Shown here: in pieces, positions 40,381 to 48,382 of the stretch
Layout: the number at the start of each line of letters is the position of its first letter
Numbering within the stretch: position 1 is the stretch's first letter
From: a virus
Taxonomy: Duplodnaviria > Caudoviricetes
Direction: 5' to 3' (one strand)
DNA: 64,000 bases
IMG/VR virus record: IMGVR_UViG_3300037602_000037
Position numbers and translations under genes: made by a program
The notes under the pieces: model-generated
Told to the model about the DNA's origin: nothing
Database searches by the model: none
The model's input: the letters and a program-made list of their open reading frames with translations, nothing else

Positions 40381-40756
40381 GTGGTTACGTAATCGCGCTT
40401 CTGACAGATTTATGTCTGAAATAGGTGCCACTACGGAAGGGTATCGTCATTTTTTACGCAAAACATTATTTGAAGTAACTGGTACTTACTTCGATCCTTA
40501 TATGGAAGAACATAAAGCTGTTGTATCTTACATAGCCAAAACAGATGAATTCGATCGTGCTAAATCAGCTATAAAAGAGTCCTGGGTTATGCTAACTAAT
40601 GATAACATGTTCTACTTAATAGAACCTTCAGCCGTATGTAAACCAGAGGATCATGGTAATTTAAACCCCCACGTGGTAAAGATAAAAAACCTAGCGGATG
40701 AGACACTGTGGATAAGACCTGCTAACAATGATATAGTATCAGTAAATACGGTTTAA
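40355..40756 (+). CDS. hypothetical protein
   Basis: GGAG RBS. Confidence 0.65.
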   Translation: MKPHQFVNKWLRNRASDRFMSEIGATTEGYRHFLRKTLFEVTGTYFDPYMEEHKAVVSYIAKTDEFDRAKSAIKESWVMLTNDNMFYLIEPSAVCKPEDHGNLNPHVVKIKNLADETLWIRPANNDIVSVNTV

Positions 40757-40767
40757 GGTGTAATCTC

Positions 40768-41265
40768 ATGGAAAAAATAATTGACTCGCTACTAAAGGAC
40801 TTGGATAGTATATATAGTAAACCGGAAAATGTACCTTTTGATTCTATAGCAAAGAAATGTTCTGAAACTATAAAGCGTCTAAATAGGCGAGTTGATGATC
40901 TGCTAAAGGATAAAGAGAATTTAGAAAAAGACCTTGACGATGTATCCAATGTGAATAGAAGTAGTGATATAGAAAAAATTGTAGCTGCTGCTGTCCAATA
41001 TCAAGGCGTTACATTTAGCTTGCCCCAACCCGCAAGACACTCACATGTTATGTGGGCTTTGGAAAAAGCTTTACGGTTGGCTACTGATGGCAAGGAAGAA
41101 GGTAAAAGCTTGATGTCCCATTTTTGTTGCCAAGGGTTTTTGACTAGTACCGGTCGTTTTGTAAACAGAATTGAAGCTAAGAACATAGCTTTCTTAGCAG
41201 GTCAAAAACCGCGTAGACCTGAAGATTCCCACCCTACAGATGCATTTAGCGAAGATTTTTGGTGA
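40768..41265 (+). CDS. conserved phage hypothetical protein
   Basis: PARH...QGFLTSTGRFVNRxEA...SEDFW pattern resembles a recurrent phage family of unknown function. Confidence 0.65.
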   Translation: MEKIIDSLLKDLDSIYSKPENVPFDSIAKKCSETIKRLNRRVDDLLKDKENLEKDLDDVSNVNRSSDIEKIVAAAVQYQGVTFSLPQPARHSHVMWALEKALRLATDGKEEGKSLMSHFCCQGFLTSTGRFVNRIEAKNIAFLAGQKPRRPEDSHPTDAFSEDFW

Positions 41266-41269
41266 TACT

Positions 41270-41551
41270 ATGTTTATACCATTTGATGATCAACTAGAAC
41301 ATGCTCATAGATTAAAGGAAGGGCTTAGCAAACTACCTGAAGAGTTTTTAGCTCAAATATGTCCTATATGTGATGGTAGAACTGAGTATAGACAAACATA
41401 CGCAGCCGGTTGTGGTGGAGGATACTTTAAAAGTATGGGTCCATGTGAACATTGTGGTAAGACAGGCTTAATTATGAAGAGTAGGTTTGTTGCTGCCCCT
41501 GAATCCGTAGTACACCAAGTGCTAAACGCCGCTAATCCAAACTATAACTAG
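41270..41551 (+). CDS. small zinc-finger protein
   Basis: CPICDG...CEHCGKTG (DnaJ-type CxxCxGxG). Confidence 0.6.
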   Translation: MFIPFDDQLEHAHRLKEGLSKLPEEFLAQICPICDGRTEYRQTYAAGCGGGYFKSMGPCEHCGKTGLIMKSRFVAAPESVVHQVLNAANPNYN

Positions 41552-41562
41552 AGACTACTAAA

Positions 41563-41739
41563 ATGTATAAATACCATGCTTCCCATGTGATTATTGAAAT
41601 GTGTCGTCTTTGTGCTAACGCTATTAGAAAAGATAATAAAGAAGAAGCTCAAAGAATAGCTAAGTTAACTTCTGATATAGAAGAACTATTCCCGGAAGCG
41701 GCGAAAGAAATTAACGATATATACGGTAAGGGGGTATAA
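41563..41739 (+). CDS. hypothetical protein (58 aa, not in ORF track)
   Basis: ATG 41563 open to TAA 41739; fills the gap between neighbours. Confidence 0.55.
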   Translation: MYKYHASHVIIEMCRLCANAIRKDNKEEAQRIAKLTSDIEELFPEAAKEINDIYGKGV

Positions 41740-41741
41740 AA

Positions 41742-41987
41742 ATGAACGTTATCTACCAAGTAGATGGTTTAGCTATTGGGTCTAAAGTAAGGAAAATAAA
41801 AGGATACGATTGGCCAGGTATTATACGATCCTTCACGACTGTTTCAACGGGTGTAGTAACCGCCGCAGTTGAAAGTAGACTATCCCCTGGTACTACCCAT
41901 GTGTTTCCTCCAGCAGCTTTGATGCTAGAAAATAGATCAGATGAAGAAATATTAGGTGAAGTACGTAATAGATTTTTGACCGAGTAA
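41742..41987 (+). CDS. hypothetical protein
   Basis: ORF track. Confidence 0.6.
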   Translation: MNVIYQVDGLAIGSKVRKIKGYDWPGIIRSFTTVSTGVVTAAVESRLSPGTTHVFPPAALMLENRSDEEILGEVRNRFLTE

Positions 41988-42000
41988 AGGATTTACTAAT

Positions 42001-42576
42001 ATGGATATAGATAAAAAAGTCAAGCCATTACCTCGTAAACAAATTGAAGAACTCAAAGTAGTTATTGAGAAAAGATGGAAAGATAAGCCACATTACGATG
42101 GAGAAGGTTCTTTAGGTTCTCCAGGGTGTGTTCTTAGGGCTCATGAAGTTTTAGGACTCATATACACTATTGAAAACCTAGAAGAAGCGCTAACTCAAGC
42201 AAACTCTTTAAGTCCACATTCTATTTTTCAAAGTAGAGTTGATAACTGGCTCCACGAATGCTTTGGAGAAGCTACGTCTAACAATGTAGAAGAACGTTGT
42301 GATAGGTTTATAGAAGAAGCCTTGGAGCTGGTGCAAGCTAACGGTTCTAGTAAAGAAAGAGTGTTAGCTTTGGTAGACTACGTGTTTGGTAGAGAAGAAG
42401 GTGATGTAAATCAAGAAATTGGTGGTGTTATTATAACATTGAATGCTCTCGCGTCTGCTACAAATAAAAGTGTAGCTAACGCCGCAGAATGTGAATTGGC
42501 TAGGGTTTGGGATAAAATGGATGTTATTAGGCAAAAGCAAGCTAATAAACCAAAAGGTTCCGCCTTACCACAATAG
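42001..42576 (+). CDS. MazG-like NTP pyrophosphohydrolase-family protein
   Basis: RFIEEALELVQA...QEIGGV helical acidic motifs. Confidence 0.55.
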   Translation: MDIDKKVKPLPRKQIEELKVVIEKRWKDKPHYDGEGSLGSPGCVLRAHEVLGLIYTIENLEEALTQANSLSPHSIFQSRVDNWLHECFGEATSNNVEERCDRFIEEALELVQANGSSKERVLALVDYVFGREEGDVNQEIGGVIITLNALASATNKSVANAAECELARVWDKMDVIRQKQANKPKGSALPQ

Positions 42577-42596
42577 TCAACTAAAGGATCAAATAA

Positions 42597-42989
42597 ATGG
42601 AAAATATTACGAGATACTCACCGTATATTGAAGAATTAGTAAAACCACATAGTTATAGTGTATTTGTTGACGATAATCACGTACCTGTTTTCCAATGTAA
42701 TATTTCCCTTGATGATTATATCAAGTTAGTAGTACCTGTGGCTGAATCTTCTTTACATATGAGTAATTTAATTCTTAACAAGGATAAAACCCACGAAATC
42801 AAAATAACTTATTATAGCAGTAAGGGTGAAGAAGTTATTAGTCTAAAATTATTTGTTACCGACACAAAAATGGAATTGGAACACGGAATAGACGATGACG
42901 AACTTGGTGATACTATACTAGCAGTATATAGTTCAAAAATTGTTACTAAATATTTTGAACTAAAAAATTCAGATGGTAAACCTCAATAG
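42597..42989 (+). CDS. hypothetical protein
   Basis: AAGGA RBS. Confidence 0.6.
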   Translation: MENITRYSPYIEELVKPHSYSVFVDDNHVPVFQCNISLDDYIKLVVPVAESSLHMSNLILNKDKTHEIKITYYSSKGEEVISLKLFVTDTKMELEHGIDDDELGDTILAVYSSKIVTKYFELKNSDGKPQ

Positions 42990-43004
42990 TATAAGGAAAA
43001 TGAT

Positions 43005-43513
43005 ATGAATTATTACGCTGGTATAGGTGCTAGAGAAACTCCGGAAGAAGTATTAAAACAAATGGAAAGTATTTCTAGCAGAATGCGTGAATTAGGTTAC
43101 ACGCTTAGGTCCGGTGGAGCTAGAGGCGCGGATACAGCTTTTGAAAGTAACAGTGGGTCACAAAAAGAAATCTATTTGCCTTATAGAGGATTTGCTAATA
43201 GAGTAGCATCTACCAGTGTAATGTATCCCCTGAATTATCTAATTATGGCGAGGCCGAATTAATAGCAGCGTCTTTCCACCCTAAATGGAAAAGTTTAAAT
43301 GAATACCAAAAAAGGTTTATCATTAGGAATACATATCAAGTACTGGGTAGAGATTTAAAAACGCCGTCCAATTTGATTATATGTTGGACTAAAAATGGTA
43401 AAGCGGTTGGGGGTACTGGACAAGCTTTGAGAATGGCTAAGGAATATGGTATTAAAGTAATCAATTTGAAGATTAATAGTTTTGACATTTGGTACGAAAA
43501 TCGTAGTAGTTAA
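43005..43513 (+). pseudogene. SLOG/DprA-like protein, frameshifted near 43202
   Basis: YAGIGARETP, RSGGARGAD in frame 0. HPKW...RNTYQVLG...IICWT..GGTGQALRMA continues in the -1 frame to TAA 43513. Confidence 0.8.
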
Positions 43514-43534
43514 ATATCCGCGAGAGGAAATAAA

Positions 43535-43954
43535 ATGTTGGACTTGAAAAATATAGTCCCTGTAGCTGTAAGGTGCGTTAATTGTGGGAATACTTGGAGT
43601 AATGAACAGTTCGATCAGAGAGAAGAAGGTTCTCAACCGTGCTGCGATCATCCTATACCAGAGAATATTTATACTCAATCCCAATTAAATGAAGTGTTAA
43701 AGCGAGTATTGGTTTTAATCAAAAAGTCAAATAGTAATCTAGATACTTTACTTGAAGAGGTTATACAAACTTTGGAACCTTTTGCCAAGCAATCAAATGA
43801 ATTTAAACTAGCGTGGTCCCCAGATACGCATATGTCAATGCTACCACGAAATGACGTTACCTTAAAGGTGGGAGAAGTATTAAAAGCTCATAGTTTACAC
43901 ACTAAACTATCCGAGTTCAATATTTTACTACAAAATAAAAATGGAAGTAAATAA
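43535..43954 (+). CDS. hypothetical protein
   Basis: GAGGA RBS; CVNC...CC. Confidence 0.6.
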   Translation: MLDLKNIVPVAVRCVNCGNTWSNEQFDQREEGSQPCCDHPIPENIYTQSQLNEVLKRVLVLIKKSNSNLDTLLEEVIQTLEPFAKQSNEFKLAWSPDTHMSMLPRNDVTLKVGEVLKAHSLHTKLSEFNILLQNKNGSK

Positions 43955-44454
43955 TGATTAGTGATTCAACGGAAAAAGTTATAGGCCATATAAAAAATGC
44001 AATAGCCGAGAATATTAGTGATCCTCCAAATGAGTCTTATACTATGACAATTGGACCGTATAAACTGTCTGGTAGTGGAGGTACTATAGTAGGAATAAGG
44101 TACGATACTGATGGCACAATACATGCTATTCTTGAAAATGGAACCACCTTTGAATTGGAAGTAGACGATAACGACAATGTAAATGTATCTGTTATTTCAT
44201 CTGAAATACTACCACTGATTCCATTGCAAACTGCTTTAGTACCTGCTGAAGACGAAGACTTTTTACCTACCAAAAATAAAACTATTGAGACGATGGTAGC
44301 CAATTTCCTTAAGTGGGAATTACCTGAAGATTTTTCTCCCGATGGAGGTATAACTTTTTCTAAGTCTGATAGTATGCCAGTAGGTACTAATCTGTTGACA
44401 TATGAGCAAGCCAAGAATATGATTGAATTTATAACTAAGGGTGTACTGAAATGA
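43954..44454 (+). CDS. hypothetical protein
   Basis: Coupled ORF. Confidence 0.6.
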   Translation: MISDSTEKVIGHIKNAIAENISDPPNESYTMTIGPYKLSGSGGTIVGIRYDTDGTIHAILENGTTFELEVDDNDNVNVSVISSEILPLIPLQTALVPAEDEDFLPTKNKTIETMVANFLKWELPEDFSPDGGITFSKSDSMPVGTNLLTYEQAKNMIEFITKGVLK

Positions 44455-44726
44455 TAATTTTGGGTAACCGCATTCATAAAGATGTTATCGACAGATACGA
44501 TGATATGCTTAAAACTAAAACGAATGAAATTAAACCAACACCAGGATATGAATTAAGTCCTAGCCATCTTAGGTGGATGTTGGTAAATATTAAATATGAG
44601 GCAGATTTGTTTAAAGCCCAGCGTTGGCTTGGGTTCGTACAAGCTGGCGTAGTAATTTTAGGTTTAACAACGGTTGAAAAAGAAAGAGATTTCACCAGAC
44701 CTTACTTTTCCGATAATAGTAAGTAG
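44451..44726 (+). CDS. hypothetical protein
   Basis: Coupled ORF; HLRWM...KAQRWLGFVQ. Confidence 0.6.
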   Translation: MIILGNRIHKDVIDRYDDMLKTKTNEIKPTPGYELSPSHLRWMLVNIKYEADLFKAQRWLGFVQAGVVILGLTTVEKERDFTRPYFSDNSK

Positions 44727-44743
44727 TTTAGGTCGGTGTAGTA

Positions 44744-44807
44744 AAACGTTTGTTCTGGTAGCTACTACCAATTAGTTGTTTACTAGTTTGTAACTCCAAT
44801 ATATAAT
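44744..44807 (+). promoter_or_regulatory. sigma70-like promoter with upstream AAACGTTTGT box
   Basis: AAACGTTTGT 44744-44753; TTTACT(44779)-N17-TATAAT(44802). Confidence 0.6.
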
Positions 44808-44833
44808 AGTATAAAAGGAGAAAGGTTTACCCG

Positions 44834-45292
44834 ATGATGATAACCGACCGTCGTATAAAAATTGGAATTATGGCTTTGGACCCTAAAGCTTGGCATCCTG
44901 AATATGCTACTAAGGGTTCTGTTGGAGCTGATTTGAGAGCCTGTATAGACAGTCAAATCGAAATTGGTCCCGGACAAACAAAAGTAATATCGACTGGTAT
45001 TGCTATTGACCTGCCCTATAATTACGCGGCGGAAGTGCGTAGCCGTTCGGGTATGGCCGCTAAAAATAGTGTGGTAGTAGCTAATAGCCCTGGTACTATC
45101 GACTCTGACTACAAGGGCGAAATAAAAGTAATTTTGATTAACCATGGGGATAAGGATACCATAATATTCCCGCGTCAGCGTATAGCGCAGCTAGTTATTG
45201 TACCGGCTTACCGAGCGGACTTTGAAAGTATATACGAAATGACAGAATCTACCAGAGGTAAAGGTGGATTAGGTTCAACCGGTAATGAATGA
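44834..45292 (+). CDS. dut: trimeric dUTPase
   Basis: GADL, RSRSG, GTIDSDYKGE, RIAQL, RGKGGLGSTG. Confidence 0.95.
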   Translation: MMITDRRIKIGIMALDPKAWHPEYATKGSVGADLRACIDSQIEIGPGQTKVISTGIAIDLPYNYAAEVRSRSGMAAKNSVVVANSPGTIDSDYKGEIKVILINHGDKDTIIFPRQRIAQLVIVPAYRADFESIYEMTESTRGKGGLGSTGNE

Positions 45293-45326
45293 AAAACGTT
45301 TAGTAAACCAAACGAAGGAAGATAAG

Positions 45327-45533
45327 ATGAAACTGAATGAAGTTGTGGAAGTTCGTGGTGTTACAAAGAAGGGCAAGGACCGAGTAAAGCGTCACGGCAG
45401 CAAATGGAAGGTTATCCGTACTAGCGGTAACGGATTTCTTTTGAGTTCGGTGGAAACACAGTACAATAAGTGGGTTTACACAAACGTTAAAAACGATTTC
45501 GAGGTAGTCCGAAATCTCGAAAACGTGGGCTAA
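45327..45533 (+). CDS. hypothetical protein
   Basis: AAGGA RBS before ATG 45327. Confidence 0.55.
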   Translation: MKLNEVVEVRGVTKKGKDRVKRHGSKWKVIRTSGNGFLLSSVETQYNKWVYTNVKNDFEVVRNLENVG

Positions 45534-45769
45534 TTATCGTCTTGAGCTAACGGTAAAGTGCCTACGTTAGGATCGTAGTTCTCCCCGCTCTACGATCCGA
45601 AACTCAAGTGGTAGTAAACTGTCCTGCTACCTTTTGGTGATAGAAATTGTCGTGGACAGTTTGGCAATAACGCCCTCCCGTACCGGCATCTAACAAACGG
45701 GATGATAGACTGACAGGAAGGAAAAGACTTCAATGTGGAGAGGGAAAGTAAAATTTCCCTCTCTGCGAC

Positions 45770-45898
45770 CTTTGTAATTAGGCGAGTGTTGCTGAAGTCA
45801 TTAGTGTAGACAAGGTGCGGCCCATTAGCGGGACAGCGATCTGGTTAGGCCAGCCGGAGCTAGATAAACACCGTCGCAACATTCACCTAATTACAAAG
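45770..45898 (+). ncRNA. candidate structured ncRNA closed by a 23-bp stem
   Basis: CTTTGTAATTAGGCGAGTGTTGC (45770-92) pairs with GCAACATTCACCTAATTACAAAG (45876-98); internal hairpins. Confidence 0.55.
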
Positions 45899-45908
45899 TA
45901 TAATTCGT

Positions 45909-45992
45909 GGCCACGTGTCGGAATTGGTAGACGATGGGGACTTAAAATCCCTTGCCTAGTGCGTGCGGGTTCGACTCCCGCCGTGGCCACCA
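45909..45992 (+). tRNA. tRNA-Leu(UAA)
   Basis: Acceptor GGCCACG/CGTGGCC, anticodon loop CT-TAA-AA, long variable arm, GGTTCGACTCC, encoded CCA. Confidence 0.93.
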
Positions 45993-46031
45993 ATTATACT
46001 TTGGTAAGCAAATGTGAAAGAGGAATCACAT

Positions 46032-46265
46032 ATGGGTGCTAGACTTTTAGAAAACGAAGATATTGATAAGTTTATTCCTGAACTCAAAAAGTTAGACGAC
46101 GTAGGATACGTCGAGGAAGGTCCAGTGGATGAGCTTAGAAAAGAGATAGAGCTTCGAGTTGGTTACCCCATTGCTCGTTCTTTGTTCTTTAGATTGATTA
46201 AATATGAGATGGCAGAACGGTACATAGAAAAGGTGTTAAATTCCAAGGAAGATTCAAATGGCTAA
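46032..46265 (+). CDS. hypothetical protein
   Basis: AGGA RBS before ATG 46032. Confidence 0.6.
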   Translation: MGARLLENEDIDKFIPELKKLDDVGYVEEGPVDELRKEIELRVGYPIARSLFFRLIKYEMAERYIEKVLNSKEDSNG

Positions 46266-46494
46266 AACAACTGGCACTGTCTCAATTGGGGACGAAGTAG
46301 ATTGCGGCGGCGCTGTAGGTAAAGTAAAAGCAATTGAAGGAGCTTACGTAATAGTTAAAGGTGTTTATGACTACGGCGGTTTAGTAGAACCTTACACTTT
46401 TGAATACAAAAAGGAAGAACTAGAAGCTTGTTCTATTAATGAGTGTAACCAACGGGATGCTTCTAATTTGGAACATGGTTACGTGGTAGCTTAA
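46258..46494 (+). CDS. hypothetical protein
   Basis: AAGGA RBS. Confidence 0.6.
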   Translation: MAKTTGTVSIGDEVDCGGAVGKVKAIEGAYVIVKGVYDYGGLVEPYTFEYKKEELEACSINECNQRDASNLEHGYVVA

Positions 46495-46599
46495 ACTTGA
46501 AATTAGGGTGTGTCGTCTTTAATGACATTAAATCGCTGTTGAATAATCGACTGGCTAAGTAGATTTGCGTTCTACCCCTTGTACCTTGAAAGGTAAATT

Positions 46600-46872
46600 A
46601 TGAGAGATGCTGATTTTGACAGTTTTTTAATTGATCCTTATAAAAAAGCTACTTATGAAGATAATAAAAAACAACGCTATTCCATCGTGGAACCGGAATA
46701 TGAAGAAGGTGATCCAACTTGGTCCGTATTATGTCATTATCAGGAAGAAGAAATTGAAGATGGTGAAGTTGTATTGTCCGGAGGCACTAAAACTTTAGGG
46801 TTGTTTCATTCAAAGCAAAGGGCGGTTGACTTTATAGTAAAAGATAGGAAAGCCAGGAAGATACATTTATGA
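46600..46872 (+). CDS. hypothetical protein
   Basis: ORF track. Confidence 0.6.
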   Translation: MRDADFDSFLIDPYKKATYEDNKKQRYSIVEPEYEEGDPTWSVLCHYQEEEIEDGEVVLSGGTKTLGLFHSKQRAVDFIVKDRKARKIHL

Positions 46873-47204
46873 CTACTACTAGTGAAGTAAGAAACGTTTG
46901 CGTTAGGATATACCCCAACGGTGAAGTAAAGTATTCTGTCAGAGACGAGGAAGGTACTAAGAGTTGGCTAGAGTATAACTCTGTATACCGTTTTGGAAAC
47001 ACGCTTTTCATCAATAGAGTGTACCAAGAAAAAACGGGATATGTTAGACCCGGTCAAAAGAACTTTGAATTGTTCCAAGAATTTGTTAATTCCTTCGAAC
47101 CGGAAGATAGTGTAGAAAGGTTCATTCGTGGTGATAATGAAGAGGGTTTTCCTTACTACCATGATGATATTCATGGGCCTTTAATTGAAGTAATCTATGA
47201 ATAA
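46869..47204 (+). CDS. hypothetical protein
   Basis: Coupled ORF. Confidence 0.6.
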   Translation: MTTTSEVRNVCVRIYPNGEVKYSVRDEEGTKSWLEYNSVYRFGNTLFINRVYQEKTGYVRPGQKNFELFQEFVNSFEPEDSVERFIRGDNEEGFPYYHDDIHGPLIEVIYE

Positions 47205-47350
47205 CGTATCTGATGAGTTTGTGAAACTCAAACGTAACCAGAGTACTAAGTAGGTGAGGCTACTATAAATAATCCTCACAAGTTAGGGCGTCTGCTATAT
47301 GTGATTGGTGTAATCGGTGTTAGCTACCGAGTATAGTAGGTGAAAGCCCT

Positions 47351-47429
47351 TCCAATTGTTGTTGCTATTCGGTTTGGGGTCGCGACCTAAGCGTATTGCG
47401 GAGTATGAGTTCCGTCAATAACAATTGGA
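47351..47429 (+). ncRNA. candidate small structured RNA (14-bp closing stem + two hairpins)
   Basis: TCCAATTGTTGTTG / CAATAACAATTGGA; inner GTTTGGG..CCTAAGC and CGGAG..TTCCG. Confidence 0.45.
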
Positions 47430-47436
47430 GAAGATT

Positions 47437-47472
47437 GGGTGCTTAGCTCAGCTGGTTAGAGCAACCGCCTTA
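47437..47472 (+). pseudogene. 5' half of a split tRNA gene (probably Val-UAC)
   Basis: GGGTGCT-TA-GCTC-AGCTGGTTA-GAGC-A-ACCGC-CT-TA, broken within the anticodon; acceptor strand pairs with 48232-48238. Confidence 0.85.
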
Positions 47473-48207
47473 TTTTGGGAGTATAGCTTAGTGGTAAAGC
47501 AATCGACTTTTAATCGATTGACCCGAGTTCGATCCTCGGTGCTCCTACCAATTAATTCGAACTAGAATACTAATTCTTTTATATCGCGGGTTCGATATAA
47601 GGATTTATAATATGAAAAAATTTTTAAGGTGTAATGGTTATATTTTGTTGTATAAACCAAAACATCCTAGAGCTTTTTCAAAAGGTAAAGCAGGTAAGAA
47701 CGGATTAGCAGGATATGTATATGAACATATTTACGTAGCCGAACGAAGTATGCATAGAAGACTTAGACCGGAAGAAGATGTCCATCATATGGACTTAGAT
47801 AGATCAAATAATTCTTGGGATAATTTGTTAGTATTGGAAAATACTCAACATGGTAAATTACACGGATTCCTTAAATCTATTGGGTTAAAAGAAAATAATG
47901 TTGGACATAGTCAGCGTAAATATTCAAAAATACCTCGATGCTGCATATGCAAATTTCCTTTACGTAAAGGACAGGATATTACGTGTTCGATTAAATGTGA
48001 TAGAATCAAAAGAAAAAATAATGCAAAAGTTAAAGTTTCCTGTAAAAAATTACATAAACAGTTATCCAAACATTCTTGGGTTAAAGTGGCTGCTTACTAC
48101 GGTTTGTCAGATAACGGACTTAGAAAACACGCAAAGTCTATTGGATTAACTGTATCCGATTATAAAGGTGGTAAATTTGTAGGATACAAACAACCTGAGT
48201 TCAATTA
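47473..48207 (+). mobile_element. tRNA-Lys + HNH endonuclease cassette inserted in a tRNA gene
   Basis: Lies between complementary halves of an outer tRNA. Confidence 0.75.
47477..47550 (+). tRNA. tRNA-Lys(UUU)
   Basis: GGGAGTA/TGCTCCT acceptor, ATCGA-CT-TTT-AA-TCGAT anticodon arm, CCGAG-TTCGATC-CTCGG, CCA. Confidence 0.93.
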
Positions 48208-48208
48208 G
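47612..48208 (+). CDS. HNH homing endonuclease
   Basis: YEHIYVAE...EDVHHMDLDRSNNSWDNL; CCIC..CSIKC zinc motif; C-terminal HTH-like segment. Confidence 0.88.
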   Translation: MKKFLRCNGYILLYKPKHPRAFSKGKAGKNGLAGYVYEHIYVAERSMHRRLRPEEDVHHMDLDRSNNSWDNLLVLENTQHGKLHGFLKSIGLKENNVGHSQRKYSKIPRCCICKFPLRKGQDITCSIKCDRIKRKNNAKVKVSCKKLHKQLSKHSWVKVAAYYGLSDNGLRKHAKSIGLTVSDYKGGKFVGYKQPEFN

Positions 48209-48242
48209 TAGGTCGTGGGTTCGAGTCCCACAGCACCCACCA
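48208..48242 (+). pseudogene. 3' half of split tRNA gene 1
   Basis: GT-AGGTC-GTGGG-TTCGAGT-CCCAC-AGCACCC-ACCA. Confidence 0.88.
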
Positions 48243-48260
48243 ATATTTTGGAGAACATCA

Positions 48261-48371
48261 ATGCGTTTAACTATTTACTGTATTTTTATTACTCTTTTCG
48301 TATCATCCTGTGGTATTATTCCTAAGAACTGTTCTCAAGACGAGTACTTAACCAACAGTTTATGCAATTAG
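48261..48371 (+). CDS. small lipoprotein (36 aa, not in ORF track)
   Basis: GGAG RBS; MRLTIYCIFITLFVSSC lipobox-like. Confidence 0.55.
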   Translation: MRLTIYCIFITLFVSSCGIIPKNCSQDEYLTNSLCN

Positions 48372-48382
48372 CGAGATTTTCT

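Noticed and set aside
45815-46042. 75-aa ORF from the track
   Set aside because: Overlaps tRNA-Leu and a structured RNA; no RBS.
47210-47241. Hammerhead ribozyme
   Set aside because: CTGATGA and a stem II are present, but the required GAAA reads GTAA and no convincing stems I/III with a cleavage triplet were found.
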